Below are positions 20,242 through 30,099 of a stretch of 64,000 bases of DNA, in pieces. Position numbers and translations under genes: made by a program. The notes beneath the pieces are model-generated. The model had not been told where the DNA came from. It worked only from the letters and a program-made list of their open reading frames with translations, and ran no database searches. The first letter of the stretch is position 1, and every line of letters begins with the position of its first letter. Source of the stretch: a virus (Duplodnaviria; Caudoviricetes); the IMG/VR virus record IMGVR_UViG_3300035499_000517, positions 96,001-160,000 of that record. One strand, given 5' to 3'.

Positions 20242-21006
20242 ATGTTTAATGAGAGTCTTTTAAAACATGCGAAAGAGGTAGCGTTTATCGGCAAAGGTAT
20301 TATCAATGAGGGCAAGGAGGTCGTTTACGTACTGAGGAAGAGATCAGCTGGTGATACCTTCACGCTGATGGAGTATATTGGTGGTAAAGACATACTCGTA
20401 ATGCTCGAGTACAATATCACACCGGATCGCGGCGTCATCATCTTCGAGAACTTATCGGTTTCTGAAAGATACATCTACATGAAGGGTGAAACCATGAAGT
20501 TTGATCTTCCGTCTGAGGAAATCAAAGACAGAGTTTATATGGATTACAAACACATGATGTATGGTTTGAAAGGAATCAACCGGGTGCTTTCAAGAGACGA
20601 TTATGTTATCGAGTGCATCAACAATGCTGAGGATCCAGCGGTAGTAGATAACGAAGCCGATGACAAGGAAACGGTTACATTAGAGCTTCCGACTGCTGCA
20701 AAATCTTTCGAGGATGGTGGTGCACGTGAGATTGAGAATTACATCAAATATATCAACAAAGCCGTTGCTAATGGGAAACGTGAAACGTATTTAACGGATG
20801 GTACAAGTTGGCTTCCAAGAAGGGAGCACATTGAGTATCTTGTAAATGCTGGCTACGACATCAATGTTGAGAAAATCTCTGGCAACTATCACGTTGTTGC
20901 AAACTGGGACTCCGCAAAGGAATCCGGAGGCAAAATCATGTATTCAGTATTTGGTGGAGCTGATGAACCGAAAGAGGTGTCGTTAGACTTCTTCGAAAAG
21001 AAGTAA
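20242..21006 (+). CDS. Hypothetical protein, G[YF]D..SW family
   Basis: AGGAGG RBS; YLVNAGYDI...VVANW. Confidence 0.75.
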   Translation: MFNESLLKHAKEVAFIGKGIINEGKEVVYVLRKRSAGDTFTLMEYIGGKDILVMLEYNITPDRGVIIFENLSVSERYIYMKGETMKFDLPSEEIKDRVYMDYKHMMYGLKGINRVLSRDDYVIECINNAEDPAVVDNEADDKETVTLELPTAAKSFEDGGAREIENYIKYINKAVANGKRETYLTDGTSWLPRREHIEYLVNAGYDINVEKISGNYHVVANWDSAKESGGKIMYSVFGGADEPKEVSLDFFEKK

Positions 21007-21018
21007 GAAGTGAGAAAA

Positions 21019-21059
21019 GAAAAAGAGAGACTACCGGATTTGGTGTCTCTCTTTTTTTT
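21019..21059. terminator. Bidirectional terminator
   Basis: AAAAAGAGAGAC...GTCTCTCTTTTT between convergent genes. Confidence 0.8.
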
Positions 21060-21063
21060 GTAT

Positions 21064-22207
21064 TTATAATTTGAGTAAGTCTTCCAGTGGAGATTCTGCT
21101 TCATGCGTTCCTTTTCGACTTCGGTTAATTGCGGTTGATACCATATCATCAAAAGACTCAAAGGTCATTCCAGTAAAGGTTGAAGTAACCTGACAAATCC
21201 TTCGAATAGAAGCCATCTCATAATCGAACTGGTTCCAATCAGGATTCTTACCAATTACCTTTGCAAACTTATATGCCGGATTTCTCTTCCATCGATATGC
21301 CGTACTTAATACGACTTCCTGAATTACAGAAGGAACTCCAAAGTTTACTTTATTCATCTTCTGATTCTTTCTCCATAACCAAATCGATTCTTTGTATGGA
21401 ACTGTTGAAGGAATCTTTCCATAGTTTACAAATCGCAGCATTAACTGTGCATTTGTTGAATCTTCTAAGACTTCTCCAACACAGAATTTATGCCCTTTCG
21501 AATAACTGTAGACAGTACAGCCTGTCTTTCCAATACCTGGTAAGTTAATTACCTTATGCTCGTATTCATACGTATAATACGTATTCCAGCTTGGTACTTT
21601 TAAAGTATCAAAGTGATCAAATTCACCATTCTTATAAATACCAACTGTTGTAATACCAAACAAACGTAACTGTCCAGGTGCTGTTTCTGCCATCAAACTA
21701 TTCTTGAAATAGCTATCCGGAACGTATAACTCAAAGTAAGGAACATCAATCGCAATATCCGTTCCATCAGCTTTAAAAATATTCTGACGACTAAGTAACA
21801 TATCATTCATATCAAGCTTTTGGAATCGAAGTGTACTATCATGAAACTTCTTCATATTCAAGTTGGTAAGTGTAGTAGCAATCTTATTACTATCCAAACC
21901 AACAAATTTTGAATCTAATATTCCAGCACATTTCGAACAAATCTTTCCACTCTTTGTACCTTTACAGCACATCGGAGAATACATATGGATGAGTCTTCCA
22001 TTGTAAGTGGAAGCATTATCTTTTGTAAGTAAAACGGTTTCCCCGTTATCATTAATATATCTTCTTGCAAAGTCATTGATGTCATTTGCATCAAAGATGA
22101 AATCAAGTGTAGTTTCTGTTCCACAATCAGTTCCATCTTCATCAACAACTTCTGTTTGGTTACCTGCCATAAGCTGTTTCGCTAAGTATCCTGAATCTGA
22201 AGTACCT
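21064..22207 (-). CDS. rpoC: Phage RNA polymerase beta' subunit, exon 3
   Basis: Bridge helix GTSDSGYLAKQL, DCGT, SPMCC...CSKCAG zinc site, trigger-loop-like MKKFH; in frame after splicing at 22208. Confidence 0.85.
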
Positions 22208-22687
22208 CATTATGAATTGCCTAATTTCATAACAGACTATATCTTCATCTCAAATATTCTATTACCAAATATTTGAGAGCTCTCCATTTGGGATTTTTGA
22301 TATCATTAGATATCTCACCTACATTTCGCTCTATTATTGAGCCTACTCGCTTCGTGTAGATATTTCAATCTACCTTATTTTCAAACCAGCTACTACTATT
22401 ATAGTATTTAGAGATTTCTCTCAATCTGGTTGTCTAGCTTTCCCTAGTCGTTGAACGTTACAGTATCTTGTACTGTCTTCGCAGCGGATTTTCCATTCAC
22501 ATGAATCTTGTTACTGTACCTAAGGCATTACCCTTCGCCCTTAGAATATCACTACTCTAAGTTAGTAATTCATATGTTAATTGGTACAACTGGCTACTAG
22601 TTGCATGTAACGACAAAGTTACATCTTTCCCGCGTAAAGAGAGGTTTATATAACGACTCACGCCGTTATGCGGCATATATTAAAAAG
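22208..22687 (-). ncRNA. Group I intron (480 nt, no homing endonuclease ORF) in beta' bridge helix
   Basis: P1 GCGGU/GCCGC with U.G pair; P7 elements UCAACGACUA and AAGAUAUAGUC; terminal G; splicing restores KAV-GTSDSGYL. Confidence 0.85.
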
Positions 22688-23657
22688 ACCGCCTTGGGGT
22701 ATGCCCCCTGTACTACAGAATTGGATGCCGGGGTGAAATCTTCTTTACGAAGTCCATCGTTGAAAGAAGTTTTCATAATATCATACTTTCCAGTATTAGG
22801 ATTTATAACAGCACCACGCATCAAGAAGATATTTTTCATATGGTTGTTGATATCACCACGAGCTCCAGAATTGTAAAGGTCAAATCCCGGATCATCTTTA
22901 ATAATATCAACCATCGCATCAATAAGTTGCTTCTCGATTTTATTAGCCGTCAGAATATCTCCCTCAGCTAATTCCTTTTCGTATTTCTTGAAAAGTTCAT
23001 CACGAAGCTTCTTTACTGATACTGGGGTTTTTACAGTTTTCTCCGTAAGAGATACTGTAATGAGACCATGTAACTGGAGCCCTAACCAATCGCGATGGTC
23101 AATGTATTTACGGAAATCAGTCGTTGTAATTTTATCAGAGATAAGAAGTTGTGTTACTTCTTCCTCATAGTTGACTGCTTTCTTTTTTACTAATACTTCA
23201 TTGTTGTATGGGAAAAATCTACGGAAACCTAAACGATCAATCATGATCTTATTCCAACAAATTCTACCAACAGTCGTTTCACAAGCACGTGGATTATGAT
23301 ACTCATTTGCTTTTAATGAAACGATATCAGTGCATTCATATTTAGACTTCTTAATTGTAGATTTTCCATTCTTGTCTGTAACTTTCCTATCGGCGAATAA
23401 ATCAGAAAGGAAAGCAAAATCGAAATCTTTTGGATCCCTTTCGAGTAATTCACGTTTGAATTCTTCTGGAACATGACGGCTATCTGTGTAAGGTTCACGA
23501 GTCATATCATAAAATGTCTGATACACCTCGTATTTAATCTTTCTTACATTTTCTCCACTTGAAGAGATGAAGAAGGATTTCGATTTCATGACCTTATCAC
23601 ATTCAGCATTTGCCTCTTGTGTCCAGAGGAATTTAATTGTAACCTGATCACCATCAT
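22688..23657 (-). CDS. rpoC: Phage RNA polymerase beta' subunit, exon 2
   Basis: Begins (Y)DGDQ; TTVGR, SGARG, GL motifs of beta'. Confidence 0.85.
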
Positions 23658-23986
23658 CAATCTGGTTTCTCATACTCTCGTATGAAGTTTAGACTATATC
23701 TTCGTTAATATAATTAACACTCTCCGTTTCGGATTGTTTCACCTACATTTCGCCCTATGATTGAGCCTACTCGGTTCAGATATTGCTATCTGCCTTTCCC
23801 TAGCCGTTGAGCCCATATCTCGATGAGATACTTCGCTGCGTCGATCATCTCTATTCTTAACCTTGATTACCATATCTCCGGAGTTACCCTTTGCCCTTGG
23901 ACTGTCGCCATTCCAAGTTGGTAGTTAGACTTAACGAGACTTCCCCGCGATTAGAAGAGTTTAAGGTGACCTATAGTGATGGGTTA
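23658..23986 (-). ncRNA. Group I intron (329 nt) inside the catalytic GGDYDGD motif
   Basis: P1 GGUGACU/GGUCACC; P10 CCAUCA with exon UGAUGG; UCAACGGCUA and AAGAUAUAGUC; terminal G. Confidence 0.88.
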
Positions 23987-25418
23987 AGTCACCCCCGAGT
24001 CCTGCAAGATATGAATTGGAAAACTGCAGTGTATCTATGAACTGCGTTGCGTTCTTCTCTCGTGGACACAGGAAATTTTGCTTTGGAAAATGCTTGTAAA
24101 TCATTCCATTGATTTGAACGACTTCTGTTTGGAGTGTTGCAATTGGATTGATTTCAGAGACAAAGATTCCATAAGCATCAGATACAGGGTAACGTGTAAT
24201 GATCGCATGTTGATTCTTTGTGCAATCATACGCTGCCATGTAAAGAATGTCATTTACAGTCATCGGACGGTTTGAAATTGTGGAAAGTTCATGTGTTCCA
24301 CTTGGGTCCATTCGCTTTCCTGTAAATAACACATCATTGTATTCATCTTTTGCAATTGGTGCTTTAATGGGGTCAAACCTTGATTCAGGATCATGCATGT
24401 AAAGAGTCATCATATCTTCAATATACTGATCGGAGAAATAAAGCTCCGGTTTGTATAAAGCAATATAATCAATCTTCTGCTCCCCTGTTTTCTTATCGGT
24501 TTTAATGATTGGAACCTGCTCTTTGTTTGTGATAAAATTTCTCTGGAAGAAAGATTTTAACCAATTAACCATAAAAGGAGCATCCAAGTCACAAATCTGT
24601 GAAACGGGAACTCCAGTAATACCGAATCGGCTTCCAGTCTCTTCCGGACTATTATCATGATACAAAGGGCAAGAAATAACAGAACGTACACAGTTGTCTA
24701 CGTTCTTTCCCATTAAGTACTTTCGTATGATACCATTCTTTTTCTCCAGCTTCCGCTTAAAGGTATCATAAATTTCACAAAGTAATTTCTGAATCATATA
24801 ATGAGTTCCATGAAGGGTAAAGTCATACATGTCTTTATCTCTTATCACTTTGCTCAAACGAATCAGCTTTGTGTACATATTATTCAGTGGATCTGTTTCT
24901 CCACCTCCATCACTTCCCGGCATAATGTCGCGGTAAAAGACAGGAATGATGATCATCTTATCTACAAAGATTTGATTTTTTGGGGTCTTTGTCAAAAGGT
25001 CAACACGTTCATCACGCATTGCAGAAGACGCTTCATCTATCTTCAATTTCCAATTGATTTTCTCCCAATTCTCATAGATAAATTCGATGCCTGTTTGCCC
25101 GTTCTCATCATCTTGTACGAGTTCGCCTTTTGGAGTAATGGAATAATACTCAGCTCCATTTACAATGCGCTCGATGTTTCTATATAATCGCCTTAATGAT
25201 TTATAGACATGAGGATGAAAAAAGTGCCCATAGAGGGTCACATACGCATATCTATTTTTTCTGGAACGAGTATCGATACCAAATATTTCGTTGGATAATA
25301 AACCACCGGGATCTGCGACTCCTCCTCTTGCAAATACAATTGGAGAAGTGACTTCTTTTAAGTGATTCAATCCGACGAAGTCATCAAAATTAAATAATTC
25401 GACTTTAATTGTTATCAC
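23987..25418 (-). CDS. rpoC: Phage RNA polymerase beta' subunit, exon 1 (probably virion RNAP)
   Basis: GGLLSNEIFG, IIPVFYRD, KNGIIRKYLMGKNVD..RSVI, TRYP, LGGD; spliced product about 1180 aa; late promoter 25430-25441. Confidence 0.85.
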
Positions 25419-25429
25419 CTCATTTCTCT

Positions 25430-25470
25430 TATGAGATTGTCCAAAAATGCAAATTTTACTTATATATTAT
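25430..25470. promoter_or_regulatory. Divergent promoters: late GACA-ATCTCA-TA (minus, 25430-25441) and early TTTTACTTATATATTAT (plus, 25454-25470)
   Basis: Match to both window-wide motifs. Confidence 0.7.
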
Positions 25471-25519
25471 CTTTATGAAGTCTATAGAAAAGCTTTCTTA
25501 AGAAAAGGAGAAATGAGAC

Positions 25520-26587
25520 ATGAGTGAATTGACAAAGAACGAGATGTTAGAAGCAATGGCAAAGATTCAGATGCGTTCGTATGGGACACATGGAATTTTC
25601 AATCGTTACACAACTCCAGAGATCATCAATAAGAACTGGGTTGAACAGATCTTTTTGGATGGTGAATTCCACTGTAATTACTGCTTTGCGTTTTTCCGGG
25701 AGTTAATAAAGAAGGATGCTGTCCTTCTTAACAAAAAGGGAAAGACCTTAGATGTAAAGGAGCGTATTTCACTGGATTACACAACAACCTGGAATGAGCT
25801 TGCCCAAGTAGTATCAGACATCATAGCTGCAACAAATGGCGATATCGTTGCAAGTATGACAGATTTAAAGAAAGCGTTACTGAAGGCATGTGTTGACTTT
25901 TACATGACAACACATTTTGTGATTCCGGCAGAGCTTGCTGAACATGGATACAACACGTTTACATCAGAAAACTTGTACGAGGATTGTCAGATTGAGTGTG
26001 TAGTTCCAGATATTTCTTTTGGTTATAAGCTTCATGGTTTGGATAACGTTGATACGGTGAAGTTACAAGAGATCACTGCTTCAAGTGGAGATATCGCAGC
26101 AAATATCACATCTGGTGATATTAATTTATGGAATGATGCAGCGCATAAGGTCGGTGTTATCATTAACTCATTGATGGACGCGTATGAATTTGTAATGGAC
26201 GATTTCCGGTTACGCATGTACAACTTCGTCGATTATCTATATCATAATGCAATGCTTGAAGATGATGATTATGAATACGGTGAAGCTCTACTATATTCTG
26301 TTAGTGAGATTGAGCGGATTCAGTATTCACCTATCATCCGGCTTCTTGAAGAGAACCCAAATCTCAGACGTGTAATGGAAGTAATGGCGGCTAGTTACGG
26401 GGATTATGTAAATCAAGTGTTCGCTGATAAACTTGCAGAAGCTATGTTTAGCATGTTTCAGATTGAACTTATGCGCGGTGGCGATACTGATAAGACGATC
26501 CCAGCTCTTTCTGAGAAAGTTCGGATTGAGCATTCAGTGAACTATACTCGTCCAGTTATCAAACACATGGGGAAACAGGATGATTAA
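25520..26587 (+). CDS. Hypothetical early protein (355 aa)
   Basis: AAGGAG RBS, early promoter upstream. Confidence 0.75.
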   Translation: MSELTKNEMLEAMAKIQMRSYGTHGIFNRYTTPEIINKNWVEQIFLDGEFHCNYCFAFFRELIKKDAVLLNKKGKTLDVKERISLDYTTTWNELAQVVSDIIAATNGDIVASMTDLKKALLKACVDFYMTTHFVIPAELAEHGYNTFTSENLYEDCQIECVVPDISFGYKLHGLDNVDTVKLQEITASSGDIAANITSGDINLWNDAAHKVGVIINSLMDAYEFVMDDFRLRMYNFVDYLYHNAMLEDDDYEYGEALLYSVSEIERIQYSPIIRLLEENPNLRRVMEVMAASYGDYVNQVFADKLAEAMFSMFQIELMRGGDTDKTIPALSEKVRIEHSVNYTRPVIKHMGKQDD

Positions 26588-26602
26588 AAAAATCAACTTA
26601 AT

Positions 26603-26619
26603 TTTCATTTATATAATAT
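26603..26619 (+). promoter_or_regulatory. Early-type promoter TTTCATTTATATAATAT
   Basis: Consensus copy heading the 26.6-30.1 kb unit. Confidence 0.75.
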
Positions 26620-27116
26620 CTATATAGATACATGAGAAAGGATATGTACTGAAAGGAGGGCATTTTGATATTCTCGTATCAACCACGTCCGGTTGTGGCT
26701 GAATTCTACATGAAATAATTCCATGTATTGTGGCTAGTATATGGATAGTTTTGTGAATGGATTCATTTGTTACTCGTGAACCTGATTGATAGTATTATAA
26801 TTACCTTGATTTTTATATACTTGATTTTGATGATTTGTGAATGTAAAAACAAAGTGTTTTGGCAATGGGCACTTTATGACAATCGTGACATTCTAAAGCG
26901 TGGCAGCAACGTCGTTAAAATGGTATATGAAAAGCATGAGAAATTTATAATAATATCAATTCAGAGACATTTAATTAAGGAGGTTTAAGATTTCCTCTCT
27001 AACCTTCTCGTATTCTTTTAGTTTAGATAAAATTTAAATGGTGAAGACTGGCCTATGTAATTGATCGGAAAATGGTTGGTCTTCACCATTTACTGTCACT
27101 TTAGGAGGAAAAAAAT

Positions 27117-28067
27117 ATGAGTTTATTTGAGACAGAGGCAGAAAGAGGTTGGCAATTAAGTTTTCGAATTAATAGTGAATTACTTAGTAAAATGGCACCA
27201 AGTGAACAGACTGAAGAAGTTTGTATCATGGCAGTAGAAAGAGATGCAGATAATTTAAAGTATGTAGTAGATCAAACAAGAACGGTTTGCTATGAAGCAA
27301 TTAGAAGAAACCCAGATACATTGCAGTATGTCTGGGATCAAACGGATGACATCTGCTTGCTTGCAGTTATGACAGATGGGTTGGTCCTTCGTTATGTACA
27401 AAATCAAACCGAAGAAATTTGTCTTGCTGCAGTGAAACAAAATCCGGAAGCAATCATCTATGTAAAATCTCAAACGTATCGTATCAAAGAAGCAGCGATA
27501 AAAAGAGATGGCATGATGCTTCGATATATAACCCTTCCAACGGAGTACTTCTATGAGCTGGCATTGAAGCAGAATCCGAATGCAATCATTTTCATCAAAG
27601 ATCCAACGGATGAACAAGTTGATTATGTATTAGAGCAGAATCCGGGATTAATCTCTGTTGTGGAGCAGACTGAAGAAAGGAGGTCAAAAGTTTTAGAGAA
27701 TTGCCCAGCATGTATTCAATATATTCATGAACCATCAACAAACGAATGCATTCATGTCGTTTCAACGGATGGGTTATGCTTACCAAATATCACACAGAAA
27801 TATCGGACAAAATCAATATACTTTTATGCTGTAAAAGAAAATCCAGAAGCATTGGATTATGTCGTAGCAGATCATCCAGACGACGATATCATTTTTACTT
27901 GTGGAGTAGAGGCTTGTGAAATCGGAGGACTGAAATATTTATTCCGTCTTAAGAATAACAAGTTTCGAGTATTCAGGGAGATAATGAGAAATCGTAGACA
28001 TCGTCTTTTTAGAAGGGTTGAAGATAAGGTCGATGATTTCTTCAATTGGTTTTTCGGACCTCGCTAA
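27117..28067 (+). CDS. DUF4116-type helical repeat protein
   Basis: About 22-aa repeats QTEEICLAAVKQNPEAIIYVK; AGGAGG RBS. Confidence 0.75.
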   Translation: MSLFETEAERGWQLSFRINSELLSKMAPSEQTEEVCIMAVERDADNLKYVVDQTRTVCYEAIRRNPDTLQYVWDQTDDICLLAVMTDGLVLRYVQNQTEEICLAAVKQNPEAIIYVKSQTYRIKEAAIKRDGMMLRYITLPTEYFYELALKQNPNAIIFIKDPTDEQVDYVLEQNPGLISVVEQTEERRSKVLENCPACIQYIHEPSTNECIHVVSTDGLCLPNITQKYRTKSIYFYAVKENPEALDYVVADHPDDDIIFTCGVEACEIGGLKYLFRLKNNKFRVFREIMRNRRHRLFRRVEDKVDDFFNWFFGPR

Positions 28068-28074
28068 GGATAAG

Positions 28075-28630
28075 TTGAGTCTGTCGAGGTGATGTAGTGG
28101 TATAGACTGGTAATGCTTAGTGACGTGATGTTTTGTTGCGTGGCGTAATGGTATAGTGCATTGACGTAATGGTATAGTGAAGATGGTACAGTGCTGTGAT
28201 GTATTGGCGTAGTTGATCTATGTGGCGTGCAGTGAAGTATTGGTGTTGTTTAGTGAGGAATGCTCAGATATGCAATTGGTAGTCTGATGCTCAGTTCAGT
28301 GTTGCCAGGTGAAGTGTTGGTATCGTTTAGTGATGAGGGTTGTGCTCTGGAGAGGTATAGAAAAGTAGAGTTATCTTAAGTAATGGTGTAGTTTGGTGAC
28401 GCTAGTTTTGTAACGTAAAGGTAGGGTAGAGTAGAACACTGTTCTGTTCCGTGTCGGTGAAGTGAAGTTTCGTACTGTGGAGCAACGTTTCGCATAGGTA
28501 AGGTAAAGTATCTCATATTTGTGTTCAGCATAGGTGAAGTAAAGTGGTGAAAGGAATGTGTAGTATGGGTATTGTTTAGTGACGCAAATTGTCGATATGT
28601 TTTGTTTTGGCAGAGTATTAAGAGATATCT
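28075..28630 (+). repeat. Non-coding 5-nt periodic array 1 (TNNNG units with periodic extra G) closed by AGTATTAAGAGATATCT
   Basis: e.g. tgacg-tgatg-ttttg-ttgcg-tggcg-taatg-G-tatag; G/T skew; no ORF >=60 aa in any frame. Confidence 0.85.
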
Positions 28631-28674
28631 AATTTTGGAGCTTATTGATTTTATTGTGAAGAAAGGAGTGTGAA

Positions 28675-28896
28675 ATGGAAGTAAAGATTACATCAGAAAA
28701 AGATATTGTATTTAACACCGAGGAATTACCAAAAGTCAAAGAAGAGCTAAATGAAATAGCAAATAAACTTGACGCTTTACAAGAACGTGATTTCTTCCAA
28801 GATAATGAAAATACCTTCATGAAAATCTTGGGAGATGCAATCACGTCCATTGATGATTTACTCGATGATATCGAAACCCTGGAATCTCAGATCTAA
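28675..28896 (+). CDS. Small acidic helical protein between arrays
   Basis: AAGGAG RBS; DAITSIDDLLDDIETL resembles the motif in 29769-30050. Confidence 0.7.
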   Translation: MEVKITSEKDIVFNTEELPKVKEELNEIANKLDALQERDFFQDNENTFMKILGDAITSIDDLLDDIETLESQI

Positions 28897-29203
28897 GCAA
28901 AGGTTTTCCATAGTGTAGTCCGCTTTTGTACTGGTATGGTCCAGTAAAGAGGGAAATGTGACGTTCAGTACGGGCGTGGTCACGTGAGGTACTGTATGGC
29001 TTTGTGCCGTAAAGGTGAGGTAAAGCAAGTCATTGTATAGTTAAGGAGATGTAAGGCTTGGAACAGTAGCGATTGGTTGGGTATCGTAATGGTATTGTCA
29101 GGTAGTGTGGTGGCATAGCCGAGTGGCGTAGTGTTTTGTGTTGATATGGTTATCTGGCGTGCTGTATGGTTGTGTGACGATTGTTGAGTATTTTAGAAAA
29201 TCT
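28897..29203 (+). repeat. 5-nt periodic array 2 closed by AGTATTTTAGAAAATCT
   Basis: e.g. tcacg-tgagg-tactg-tatgg-ctttg-tgccg-taaag-G-tgagg. Confidence 0.85.
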
Positions 29204-29726
29204 TTAGTTGGTGTTGTAATGATAACGCCAGACATCGGATGGTAAAGTTTCGTGATGGTATATTATAGTGGGGTCCTGCGTGGTATAGGAATAGCTTGGA
29301 ATAGTAGGGTTGGGTCTAGTAGAGTAACGGTGTGACTAGGATATGAACAGTGATGTATCGTTACGGAGAGGCTAGGTTAAGAACCGTGATGTACCAGAAT
29401 AGTTTAGTCTAGTAGAGCATGGTGTAGTTATGGTGCAGTTACGCTCCGAAATGTGAGGTAACGGTACAGTGAGGAAATGCTACGCATGGGTGTAGTGCTA
29501 TTACGTAGCGTATTGGTATAGTTGCATATAGATATGTGCTGTGATGGTATGGACCAGTGTCGTTAGTAAAGTATTGCAATGGTATATTGAGGAAGGGTTA
29601 AGTATAGGTAGGGTTACGAACAGTTAAGAATAGTTGTGGTGAGGACTGGTTAACCATAGTAACGAACCGGTTTGGTTGCGTGGGTTAAAGTATACTCAGG
29701 TAATGGTAAAGTATTTTAAAATTTCT
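29204..29726 (+). repeat. 5-nt periodic array 3 closed by AGTATTTTAAAATTTCT
   Basis: e.g. G-tgtag-tgcta-ttacg-tagcg-tattg-G-tatag-ttgca-tatag-atatg-tgctg-tgatg-G-tatgg. Confidence 0.85.
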
Positions 29727-29768
29727 AATATTGGTGAAAGTAATTAAAGACACGAAAGGAAGTATTAA

Positions 29769-30050
29769 ATGGAAGAGAAATTAAGAAACAACACAAATTC
29801 CCTCTATGAAGTAACAGAGACGATAACTGGAGTGGATTCTCTGCTGAGTTATCTGAGGAGTATCTCAGACACAGAGACACTGAATGCAAGTACAAAGATT
29901 TCTCATTATACAGCAAATGCAATTACTGATCTTGAGAATTTGAAATCTGAGCTGGAGTCTCTTAGAAGATATAAGATTGTAGAGCGAAGGGAAGCAGCAA
30001 TCGGGATTTATCCATCAGATGCTCTTGCTAAAAGTTCTAACGTAGTGTGA
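29769..30050 (+). CDS. Small helical protein, probable paralog of 28675-28896
   Basis: AAAGGA RBS; NAITDLENLKSELESL. Confidence 0.7.
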   Translation: MEEKLRNNTNSLYEVTETITGVDSLLSYLRSISDTETLNASTKISHYTANAITDLENLKSELESLRRYKIVERREAAIGIYPSDALAKSSNVV

Positions 30051-30061
30051 ACGAGAAAATA

Positions 30062-30099
30062 AGGAGAGGATGAACACAACCATTCATCCTCTCTTTTTT
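30062..30099. terminator. Bidirectional terminator
   Basis: GAGAGGATGAA...TTCATCCTCTC-TTTTTT. Confidence 0.8.

Noticed and set aside
22666-23673. Treating the three beta' ORFs and the 51428/52546 ORFs as separate genes or pseudogenes
   Set aside because: The gaps carry group I intron cores, and splicing restores the frame and conserved motifs.
28075-29726. CRISPR array or simple microsatellite
   Set aside because: No identical 25-40-nt direct repeats with spacers and no cas genes; the pentamers differ from one another, unlike slippage satellites.
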